Below the pieces are notes generated by a model, which was given only the letters and a program-made list of their open reading frames with translations, did not search any database and was not told the origin of the DNA. 64,000 nt of DNA from positions 1 through 64,000 of the forward strand of contig CAWDPO010000041.1 in NCBI GenBank assembly GCA_963804165.1. The letters run 5' to 3'. This DNA comes from an uncultured delta proteobacterium (GTDB taxonomy: Bacteria; Desulfobacterota; Binatia; UBA9968). Numbering within the stretch: the first letter of the stretch is position 1; each line of letters opens with the position of its first letter. Positions 56,275 to 64,000 of this stretch are shown here, in pieces. The position numbers and the translations under genes are program-made.

Positions 56275-56820
56275 ATGAGCAAACCCTTAGGCAGGATCGA
56301 TCGAGAAGCGTTTCGGCAAGTGCACAAGGAGCAACAAGAACGGGCGAAACAGGGGCCGGAAGGCTATACGACAACGACGCGGGCGGTGATCAGGCTCATA
56401 GAAAACCAATTGAAAGAGGCGCGCATCGGCGAATACACCATTCAATGCGATGAGGCGAAGTCGCGCAAGGGCGGCGGCAAGGCGCCGTCACCGCTGCAAT
56501 ACTTCGTCGCGGCGACCGGCTTTTGAATGTTCAGCCAACTGGCGCGGTACGCGTCACAACTGGACATCGAAATCGAGGACGCCGAGATGGATATCCGAAT
56601 GACCTATGACACGCGAGGGAAATTGCTGCTGGAAGACGTGTCGCCGGGGTGCAATGATCTGACCTACGTTTTCAAGATTAAGAGCCCGGCGCCGTCCGAC
56701 AAGGTGCAAGAGATGCTGCGGCTGATCGAGAAGGGCTGCCACACGATCAATTCATTGAAAAATCCCGTGCCGGTCGCCGGAAAGCTGATTCATAACGGTC
56801 AGGAGATCGCCGCGCTGTGA
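56275..56820 (+). CDS. Predicted selenoprotein: OsmC-like protein, Sec84 at TGA 56524-56526
   Basis: PSPLQYFVAATGF-U-MFSQL aligns with PTPLGYFVTGAAS-C-LMMQ of the Cys paralogue; second Cys in KGCHT; hairpin AUGUUCAG..UGGCGCG-GUA-CGCGUCA..CUGGACAU. Confidence 0.9.
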
Positions 56821-56868
56821 TTCCTACATGTTCAACTTAGCGAAGTCGACGTCAGGAGGCAGAATTTC

Positions 56869-57657
56869 ATGATCGAGCTTTATCACAACGATATGTCGGT
56901 TTGCGCGCAGAAGGTGCGATTCGCCTTGGCGGAAAAGAAGCTTTCCTGGGAGGGGCACCATCTAAATCTTCGCGCCGGCGATCAGCAGAAGCCGGAATAT
57001 TTAAAACTTAATCCCAACGCGGTGGTGCCGACTTTGGTGGACGATGGGAACGTTATTATCGAGTCTACGGTGATCTGCGAATATCTCGACGATACCTATC
57101 CTGAGCCAAAGCTTAAACCCGCCGATGCGCTGGGGCGGGCGCGCATGCGCTTATGGACCAAGCAGCTCGACGAAGGCGTGCACGCGGCAACCAGCGTCGT
57201 CAGCTCGGCCATCGCGTTTCGCTATCAGAAGCTCGCTATCGGCATGGAAGCGCTCGAAGAGTTTCACGAGAAGATGCCCGACCCGGTGAAGCGGGAAAAA
57301 AGCTGGGAGAATGTCACCAAGGGCGTCGAATCGCGTTTCTTTCCCGAGGCGATCAAGCGCTTCGACAGGCTGCTCGCGGACATGGAAGTGTCGTTGACAG
57401 ACTCGCCGTGGCTTGCCGGCCGGGAATTTTCCCTCGCGGATATTGGCTACGCTCCGTACATCACTCGGCTCGATCATCTGCAGTTGCAGTTTCTCTGGGA
57501 CAAGCGGCCCCATATCCCCGATTGGTACGACCGCTTGCGTGAACGCCGTGCTTACAACGAGGCGCTGGAAAAATGGTTCAACGCGAATTACCTGCCGCTA
57601 ATGAAAGAAAAGGGTCTCGAAGTTCGCGACAAAATCAAAGCGATTGTGGCGGGATAA
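56869..57657 (+). CDS. Glutathione S-transferase family protein
   Basis: SVCAQKVR, LNPNAVVPTL, IESTVICEYLD, FSLADI. Confidence 0.92.
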   Translation: MIELYHNDMSVCAQKVRFALAEKKLSWEGHHLNLRAGDQQKPEYLKLNPNAVVPTLVDDGNVIIESTVICEYLDDTYPEPKLKPADALGRARMRLWTKQLDEGVHAATSVVSSAIAFRYQKLAIGMEALEEFHEKMPDPVKREKSWENVTKGVESRFFPEAIKRFDRLLADMEVSLTDSPWLAGREFSLADIGYAPYITRLDHLQLQFLWDKRPHIPDWYDRLRERRAYNEALEKWFNANYLPLMKEKGLEVRDKIKAIVAG

Positions 57658-57914
57658 CTCTGTCTGATTCCCGAGAGGTGAAATACGGAAAGCGCCAATT
57701 TGGACGCTTTGGGCAGAGTTCGTGCGATGGCGCGAGCGCAGTGGATGCTCTAACTCTGTCCTCAACAAACCGCAATACTCTCCATTGCCCACCCTCAGCG
57801 TCCGTTTTGCCAGCGTCATCAACTGCAACACTCGCCACGCCGGTCAGAATCAAATATTTGCGCGGCCTGGTCAAATACGGCGGTTGGTTTCCTGGTGCGG
57901 AAAAGCGAAGCGGC

Positions 57915-57977
57915 GGCTAACGTTTCGTTAACGCGCGCGCCGTTCGCGGCGCGTCGGTGTTGAACGCTGGGTTGGGC
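57915..57977 (-). other. Integron attC site (63 bp)
   Basis: GCCCAAC ccagc GTT[C]AAC..cgcgccg cgaa cggcgcg..GTTAAC gaaac GTTAGCC; canonical box spacing and extrahelical base. Confidence 0.88.
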
Positions 57978-57986
57978 GTCATTGTG

Positions 57987-58439
57987 TCAGCGGGCTACGG
58001 CCGCCTCAGCAATACCTGCCAGCGCCTTGCGTAAGTTCCCGATGACGGCGCACTGCGTAACCCCATGGCGTTGCCCCAGGAATTCGGGATCGTTGTAGCC
58101 GAGCCAAACTTGGGACGATGCGTCCTCCCACACCAGGGCCTTGAGCGGAAGATCGATTCCCACAGTCTGCGCGCACTCCATGAAGGGCGTGCCGCCTTGC
58201 GGGTTGCCAAAGATGATGACCTCGGTTGGCCGCAGAGTCATGCCGACTTTTGCTGCACCCGCCGCGTGATCGATCCGCGCAAACACGTTCAGCCCACGTT
58301 GTTTGACCAGATCCTCGAGCCGGTTCATCGTGTCCTTAGCACTGTGGGGGCTCTTCACGACGAGCAAGCCATCTGCGGCGCTAGCAAGCGAACTGGCGGC
58401 CAAGCAGGCAACGATTGCAAGGGAGCGAAGCGCATTCAC
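57987..58439 (-). CDS. DUF302-family exported protein (cassette gene)
   Basis: AAAGGAG RBS + GTG; VFARIDHAAGA, IFGNPQGGTP, GIDLPLKALVWED. Confidence 0.88.
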   Translation of the reverse strand: MNALRSLAIVACLAASSLASAADGLLVVKSPHSAKDTMNRLEDLVKQRGLNVFARIDHAAGAAKVGMTLRPTEVIIFGNPQGGTPFMECAQTVGIDLPLKALVWEDASSQVWLGYNDPEFLGQRHGVTQCAVIGNLRKALAGIAEAAVAR

Positions 58440-58478
58440 GGGTAAACTCCTTTCGCGTGAGAAGAAGGAGATGAAGAC

Positions 58479-58572
58479 GCCCAACGTATAGCGTTTTATC
58501 CCCTAAAGGTTGGCGGCAATCAAGTTGCTTGATGGCGCTGGAGTATCGCTAAGGGGAAAAAACGTGTTGGAC
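58479..58572 (-). other. attC-like terminal site of element copy 2
   Basis: GTCCAAC-a-CGTTTTTTCCCCT...AGGGGATAAAACG-ctatac-GTTGGGC. Confidence 0.65.
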
Positions 58573-58816
58573 TAAACCGCGGAGCCGCTGAGCAGCTGCG
58601 GCTATGGGGATTGTAACCTGACGCAGTGCGGCTGAGCAGGGCACCGCGTTAGCGATAGTACGGCCAGTGGATGATGGTTGAGATCAGCGCCGGTGGTTTT
58701 TCGCCGATTGCGACACTGCCATGCAACTTCAGAGGCGGTTTTGGGCAGAGCCAAACGCACCCGCGCTAAGTCGGCAGATTGAGAGTCACACCAGCTGAGA
58801 GGCGATGGAGCCTTGC

Positions 58817-59992
58817 TCATGAAGAATCCACACGAGGCGAGATCGAGAACGCCGGTAGGTCGCCGACGACAATCATCCTTCCCTCACCGCAGCACGGGCA
58901 GCGAGAAAGATCGACGCCTGTGATTTTAAGCAGCAGGTCTTTGGCTGAGAGCAAGGGAGGTTGCGGCAAAGCGGGATCGAGATCGAGGAGTTTGCGGCAC
59001 TGAGCGAGCGCTAGTTTTTTGGCGCGGTTAGCCAACAAGCCGAAGTGACGGATGCGCATGAAGCCTTGCGGCAAGACGTGAAGCAAAAAGCGGCGGATAA
59101 ATTCCTGGGCCTCCAGCGTCATGGTCTTTTTGCGATCCCCGTCTCTTCGATCTCGATAACTCAAGGTGACTTCTCCGTCTTGGATCTGGAGAATACGATT
59201 GTTGGACAGCGCCACGCGGTGGGTGTAGCGGCCGAGGTAGTCAAGCACCGTGTGGGGCGAGCCGAAAGGCTTTTTGGTATAGACCCCCCAGTTCTTTTGG
59301 CGTAACTCGTTGATGGCTTCGCTTGGGAAATCGATTTTTCCTCGCACGATGTTGTGTTGTAACAGATCGAGAAACTTTGCTCGGAAAACCAAGCTTAAAG
59401 CTTTAACCGGAAACAGAAAGTTTTTGCGCGCCGAGATCCAGCGATTTTGATCGAAAGACAGAGCACCGGCGGGGACAAGACAGTGCAGATGAAAATGATC
59501 CTTGAGGGTTTGGTCCCAGGTGTGCAGCACGGCAATGATACCGATGGTTCCCTTAAGACGTGTCTGGCCAAACTCCAACAAGGTTTTACTGACAGCTTTA
59601 AACAGAAGACCCAGTACGATCTTCTTGTTGGCAAGGATCAGCCGGTTCAGTTCATGGGGTAAGGTAAAGACCAAATGAAAATATCCCACCGGCAAAAGCT
59701 CAGAGGTTTGCTTCTCCAACCACCGAGCCTTAGCCAAGGCTTGGCACTTGGGACAGTGGCGGTTACGGCAGGAGTTATAAGCCGGACGCTCAAAGCCGCA
59801 AGACTCGCATCGATCCAGATGCCCGCCCAACTCTTGGGTGCGGCAGGCCGAAACGGCCCGCACCACCTTTTGCTCGCAGGCCAATAAACGATGCGTTCGT
59901 TGGTAGCTCTCCCCGTACTGACGAAAAACATCGGCCAGCTCGGGACGCGCCCTTTTTTCTCCTGCCGCCAGCCCAGGGCTGGCCGGCAGCAT
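58817..59992 (-). CDS. IS91-family (Y2/HUH) transposase
   Basis: NSCRNRHCPKCQ, DHFHLHC, YLGRY, RIRHFGLL. Confidence 0.93.
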   Translation of the reverse strand: MLPASPGLAAGEKRARPELADVFRQYGESYQRTHRLLACEQKVVRAVSACRTQELGGHLDRCESCGFERPAYNSCRNRHCPKCQALAKARWLEKQTSELLPVGYFHLVFTLPHELNRLILANKKIVLGLLFKAVSKTLLEFGQTRLKGTIGIIAVLHTWDQTLKDHFHLHCLVPAGALSFDQNRWISARKNFLFPVKALSLVFRAKFLDLLQHNIVRGKIDFPSEAINELRQKNWGVYTKKPFGSPHTVLDYLGRYTHRVALSNNRILQIQDGEVTLSYRDRRDGDRKKTMTLEAQEFIRRFLLHVLPQGFMRIRHFGLLANRAKKLALAQCRKLLDLDPALPQPPLLSAKDLLLKITGVDLSRCPCCGEGRMIVVGDLPAFSISPRVDSS

Positions 59993-60004
59993 GTGGCTAC
60001 CTGG

Positions 60005-60853
60005 CTACAGCGAGTCGTTGCGCGGATCGAGCAAGTCCAACGGACTCGTGGTCGAGCCCAGCTTGGGCTGGCGGATTTGCAGATAGCGCTGGGTACTCTG
60101 AAGCGAGTTATGACCCAACAGCGTCTTAATAGTCACCAGATCCACTCCCGCTTCTAACAGGTGGGTGGCGAAACAGTGACGCAGCGTGTGAATCCCTTTG
60201 CCTTTTTCAATGCCGCTTTTGTGCTTGGCGAGATTGTAGACTTTCTGCGCGGCGGTGATGTGCAGGGGATCATTTCTGGTTTTACCAAAGAAGACCCACA
60301 GCACGGGTTGATAGGCCTGCTTATATTTTCTCAGCTCGCCAAGCAGCCGTTGGGAGAGAATCGTGTAGCGGTCTTTTTTCCCTTTGCCCTGTTCCACTCG
60401 GATCATCATACGCTCGGGATGAATGTCGCTGAGTTTGAGGTGGATTAGCTCAGTGACCCGAAGTCCCGCCGCATAAGCGGTCATCAGTAAACAGCGGTCT
60501 CTGAGCTTGACCGCGGCGCAAAGCAATCGCTCGACTTCCCTGGGGCTCAACACCTCGGGCAACCGCCACGTCCGTTTTCTCGGCGGCAAGAACAGCTGCT
60601 CTTCGTTCCAGCCCAAAACTTGCTGATAGAAAAACCGTAGCCCCGAGATCGCCACGTTCTGGGAATTGGCGGATAAGCCTCGTTTCTGGAGATGCAACAG
60701 ATAGGCGCGGATCTCGTCTTGCGTCAGTTGATCCGGGAATCGATGATAGTACCTGGCCAGCCCCACCATCGCCGCAACGTAGGACTTCTGCGTCCTCGAT
60801 GCGAAATTTCTCAGCTTCATCTCCTCGATCATCTTGTCGCGTAATACTCCCAT
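60005..60853 (-). CDS. Tyrosine recombinase
   Basis: [41 protein letters not shown]. Confidence 0.95.
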   Translation of the reverse strand: MGVLRDKMIEEMKLRNFASRTQKSYVAAMVGLARYYHRFPDQLTQDEIRAYLLHLQKRGLSANSQNVAISGLRFFYQQVLGWNEEQLFLPPRKRTWRLPEVLSPREVERLLCAAVKLRDRCLLMTAYAAGLRVTELIHLKLSDIHPERMMIRVEQGKGKKDRYTILSQRLLGELRKYKQAYQPVLWVFFGKTRNDPLHITAAQKVYNLAKHKSGIEKGKGIHTLRHCFATHLLEAGVDLVTIKTLLGHNSLQSTQRYLQIRQPKLGSTTSPLDLLDPRNDSL

Positions 60854-61323
60854 AAAAAACCCTCCTTGGATTTAAATTTGGGAGCGACGCTATCACGCGA
60901 ACTGAGAAAACCGGGAGTGGAATTGAACTGTGAAACCTAACGCAGATTTCGAAAGCAGTCTAAAGCAGAAAACTCCGCACGGCATCCCCACCCGCGCAGC
61001 GGTTTAGTTCAACTATTAAGTGAGCTGCCGTAGGCCGCGACAATTACTGGTCGGCTTATCCTCGGCGACGGCTTCGACAACAAAAGTCCAAATTGCCTAC
61101 AATATCCATCAGCTACCGAGTCATGTCAACTCAGCGTTTCCGACAAAAGCCGACCGACGCGGCGGGTTATCTCCCTCTCGATCGGCGGCTTATGCCAGCT
61201 AAAGTTCAGGTGCATCCGTCGGTCCCGCTTGCATGTGCCATTGCGCCTGGATCTCGCCTGCACGGTTTCTCTTGCTCCGCGTCCCGTTTCCGCAGTAGAG
61301 ATTAAAGGAGAAGGGGCCGGACT

Positions 61324-62493
61324 ATGAAATTCTCAATCTTCATGATGCCGCTGCATTATCCGACGGAAAATCCGTCGCTGGCGTTCGATCGTGACATCGC
61401 GCTGATCCGCTATGCAGATGAGCTCGGTTTCGATGAGTTCTTTATCGGCGAGCATCACTCCGGCGGGTGGGAAACCATGCCCGTGCCGGAAATGGCGCTA
61501 GCCAAAGCATCCGCGCACGCCCACCGCATTCGTCTCGGCACGTCGGTTATCAGCGTGCCGTTTCATCATCCCTTCCACGTCGCGGAGCGCATGGCTTTTC
61601 TCGATCACCTTACGCGCGGTCGCGCGATCCTGGGCGTGGGGCCTTGTGCGCTGGTGACCGACAAGAATTTGTTCGCTCTTGCCACTGAAAAGCTTTACCC
61701 GATGATGGCTGAGTCGGTGGAGATCATCGTGCGTTTGCTGGAATCACCCGAGCCGATCGATTACGACGGCAAGTTCTGGAAATTTAAACAAATGCGGCTG
61801 CAACTTCGCTCTTATCAGCAGCCGCGCATGCCGCTCGCGATCGCCTCGTCAGGAAATCCGATCAGTCTCGAGCTGGCCGGCAAGCACGGCATGATGTTTC
61901 TGTCGCCGGCAGGGAAAAACAAGCGCAACAATCAAACCAAGGCGGAACAGTGGAATGCCGTCGAAGCGATCGCTGCCAAGCACGGCACACAAACTTCACG
62001 CGATAACTGGCGTATCGCCACCTGCGTTTATCTCGCCGAGAGCCGGGAAGAGGCGTGGCGCGACGTCGAAGCGAGCATCGACCGCGATAAGCACTACTTC
62101 TTTTCAATCGGATTGAAAGCACCCTACGAAGCCTATCCCGGGCAACCTGCGCATGAAATCACGGCCCGCTCAGGCGCCGACCGGCGCGACTGGATCATTG
62201 GCACCCCGGACGATGCGATCGCGCAAATCGAACGCATGCAGGCCGAAACCGGCGGCTTCGGCGGACTCATGGTCACCACGCACGAGTGGGCGAGCACGGA
62301 AAAGCTGCGTCGTTCCTACGAGCTTTTCGCGCGCTACGTCATGCCGCATTTTCGCGGTCACACTCAAGGTTACAGAGACGAATGGCGGCGGATTCAGCAG
62401 GCCGCGGCCAACGGCGGATTCCAATCCGACGCCCCGGCCAACCGAGTAATCTCGTATTGCACGATGCGGCAAAGGCGGAAAGATAACGGATGA
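61324..62493 (+). CDS. Luciferase-like (LLM) flavin-dependent monooxygenase (C-terminus probably frameshifted)
   Basis: ADELGFDEFFIGEHH, RIRLGTSV, LDHLTRGR, IIGTPDD, ELFARYVMP. Confidence 0.9.
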   Translation: MKFSIFMMPLHYPTENPSLAFDRDIALIRYADELGFDEFFIGEHHSGGWETMPVPEMALAKASAHAHRIRLGTSVISVPFHHPFHVAERMAFLDHLTRGRAILGVGPCALVTDKNLFALATEKLYPMMAESVEIIVRLLESPEPIDYDGKFWKFKQMRLQLRSYQQPRMPLAIASSGNPISLELAGKHGMMFLSPAGKNKRNNQTKAEQWNAVEAIAAKHGTQTSRDNWRIATCVYLAESREEAWRDVEASIDRDKHYFFSIGLKAPYEAYPGQPAHEITARSGADRRDWIIGTPDDAIAQIERMQAETGGFGGLMVTTHEWASTEKLRRSYELFARYVMPHFRGHTQGYRDEWRRIQQAAANGGFQSDAPANRVISYCTMRQRRKDNG

Positions 62494-62570
62494 AGGATGA
62501 AGTTGCCGGAGAATACTCCTTGGCCAAGCCCCCCAATGGTTTATCCTTTATCCTTTCACCTTTATCCTTT
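62486..62570. repeat. Hairpin repeat built from tandem heptamers
   Basis: GGATGAAGGATGAAG...TTTATCCTTTATCCTTTCACCTTTATCC. Confidence 0.55.
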
Positions 62571-62576
62571 CCTCGT

Positions 62577-63777
62577 GTGCCGCTCGCAGTTCCATTCTGG
62601 ACACAGGCGACGCATCAAGAAATTTTTCGCGCCATTCGCTCAGGAAACGTCATCGACGGCGCGGCGCTCGGCAAGCTCCGGACGTTGATCGGTAAAACAC
62701 TCAAGGTTGAGAACACCCTGCTTTGTGGCTCCGGCAGCCTGGCTTTGGAACTCGCGTTGCGCGCCTGCGGCGTGCAGCACGGCGACGAAGTCGTGCATGC
62801 CGGATTTTTGTTGCAGCGCGGTTGTGCCGCCGATCCTTGCGGTAGGAGCGACTCCGGTGCTCACCGACGTTGGCGATGAACTCAATCTCACCGTCGAAAC
62901 CATCGAAACCGTGCTCACGAGTAAAACCACCGCGATCATCATGCCGCATCTATTCGGCAATCCCGCGGACATGGGAGAGATCGTCGAATTGGCACAGAGC
63001 AGGAATATTCGCGTCATCGACGACGCAGCGCAAGCGCTCGGCGCGACGATTGACGGCCGACCGGCGGGCAGCTTCGGCGATGCAGGAATTGTGAGTTTTG
63101 GTAATGAAAAGATTTGCTCCGGCATTGGCGGTGGCGCAGTTGTTTCTCGTGACAAAAGAGTTTTGGCGGGAGGGCTGCACTTAAAATTGGCGCCTCCTTC
63201 TTGTTTGCTCCCGCTTCGACGATTGTTATCGACTTTGCTCTGGCATCGCTGGCGGCGTTGGACGGCGCCGCTGCGACAAATTGGCTCGCGCTGGCGCGGC
63301 ACAGATCCCGGAACGGTGCTTGAGCCGTACCGAAGGGAGTCGATGGCGAACCTCAGCGCGGCGGTTGCCGCGACTTTGATGGAGACACTGGGTGAAAACA
63401 TCGCGGCGCGCCGCGCTCGCGTTCAGCGCCTATCAAAGACTGCTCGGCGGCGAGGAGCGGTTAGCAGTCATCGCGCACCGGACCGGCTCGGCGTGTCTGG
63501 CGCAAGTGGTTCGGGTGTCTGCGGAGAAGACGTGGTCGAGGATTTCGCTTCGAGGCGGTCAAATCGCTTGCGCTCGGCGACGCCGGATATGAAGTGCAAG
63601 GCAGCTACGTGCCGATCCATTTACTCGGCAATTTCCGCGGATGTGTCTGGGATCAACTTCCGTATTCGGAGCGAGTTTGGTCGGATTTGGTCGAGCTGCC
63701 TTGCGAGCCTGGCGTGAGTCTCGATGACGTCGAGCAGGATCGCCGCCATCGTCAAAAAGGTTGCCCGTGGATGGTAG
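62577..63777 (+). CDS. DegT/DnrJ/EryC1/StrS PLP aminotransferase, several frameshifts; ends approximate
   Basis: GSGSLALELAL, PHLFGNPAD, IDDAAQALG, SFGNEK. Confidence 0.82.
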
Positions 63778-63815
63778 AGCTATCGGCAATTTTTGAAGAA
63801 ACACGATGCTGGTCT

Positions 63816-63908
63816 AAATCTCCCCTGGCCCCTCTTTTTTCAAAGAGGGGAAATGCTCCTCGCTGGGCAGATTCCCCCTTTGACAAAAGGGGGATCAAGG
63901 GGGATTTT
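63816..63908. repeat. REP-like composite palindrome
   Basis: AAATCTCCCCT..CCCCTCTTT-TT-CAAAGAGGGG..CCCCCTTTGACAAAAGGGGG..GGGGGATTT. Confidence 0.7.
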
Positions 63909-63960
63909 CTTAGCCACACGAAAATACAACTTCACGTAGACCGCGATTGAAAAATTCCAA

Positions 63961-64000
63961 ATGAACGAAATTCATTTTATCGATACGACACTGCGCGACG
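63961..64000 (+). CDS. Start of a pyruvate-carboxyltransferase (HMGL-like) protein, partial
   Basis: MNEIHFIDTTLRD. Confidence 0.6.
   Translation, partial: MNEIHFIDTTLRD

Larger units (their letters stand above)
58485..61013 (-). mobile_element. Tyrosine recombinase + IS91-type transposase element, copy 2 (both ORFs intact)
   Basis: Starts GTTGAACTAAACCGC (61013-60999); subterminal inverted copy at 58566-58580; similarity to copy 1 ends at CGCTATACGTT. Confidence 0.88.

Noticed and set aside
50392-56820. Genome-wide TGA reassignment (Trp/Gly) as the explanation for the in-frame TGAs
   Set aside because: TGA is used as a normal stop elsewhere (e.g. 53321-53323, 56818-56820), Trp is TGG right beside the Prx TGAs, and in-frame TGAs occur only at Cys positions with hairpins.
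60005-60853. Calling the recombinase a canonical integron integrase IntI
   Set aside because: It is only 282 aa, lacks the IntI-specific insertion, is co-oriented with the cassette and is paired with a Y2 transposase.

Overview
GC-rich bacterial chromosomal window. The gene repertoire is consistent with a Deltaproteobacteria-like lineage such as Ca. Binatia (inference). Many single-base frameshifts in otherwise intact genes (gltX, glnS, transposases, transporters) suggest an unpolished long-read assembly. Contents: a decayed island at tRNA-Glu beside divergent gltX/glnS; a desaturase-FadL-7TM kinase-sigma54 signalling block; nucleobase/N-heterocycle catabolic genes with an IS4 element; and transporters. 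Two features stand out. (1) A ~6.4 kb redox cluster (50.4-56.8 kb) has six genes (2 peroxiredoxin-like, 3 AhpD-like, 1 OsmC-like) interrupted by an in-frame TGA exactly at a catalytic Cys position. Each TGA is followed by a SECIS-like hairpin, so these are six predicted selenoproteins surrounding a reductive-dehalogenase/QueG-like Fe-S protein. (2) Two diverged tyrosine-recombinase + IS91-type Y2 transposase elements are themselves built like integron cassettes (GTT start, attC-like end). Each is directly followed by a passenger gene cassette with a canonical attC, and no IntI is present in the window.
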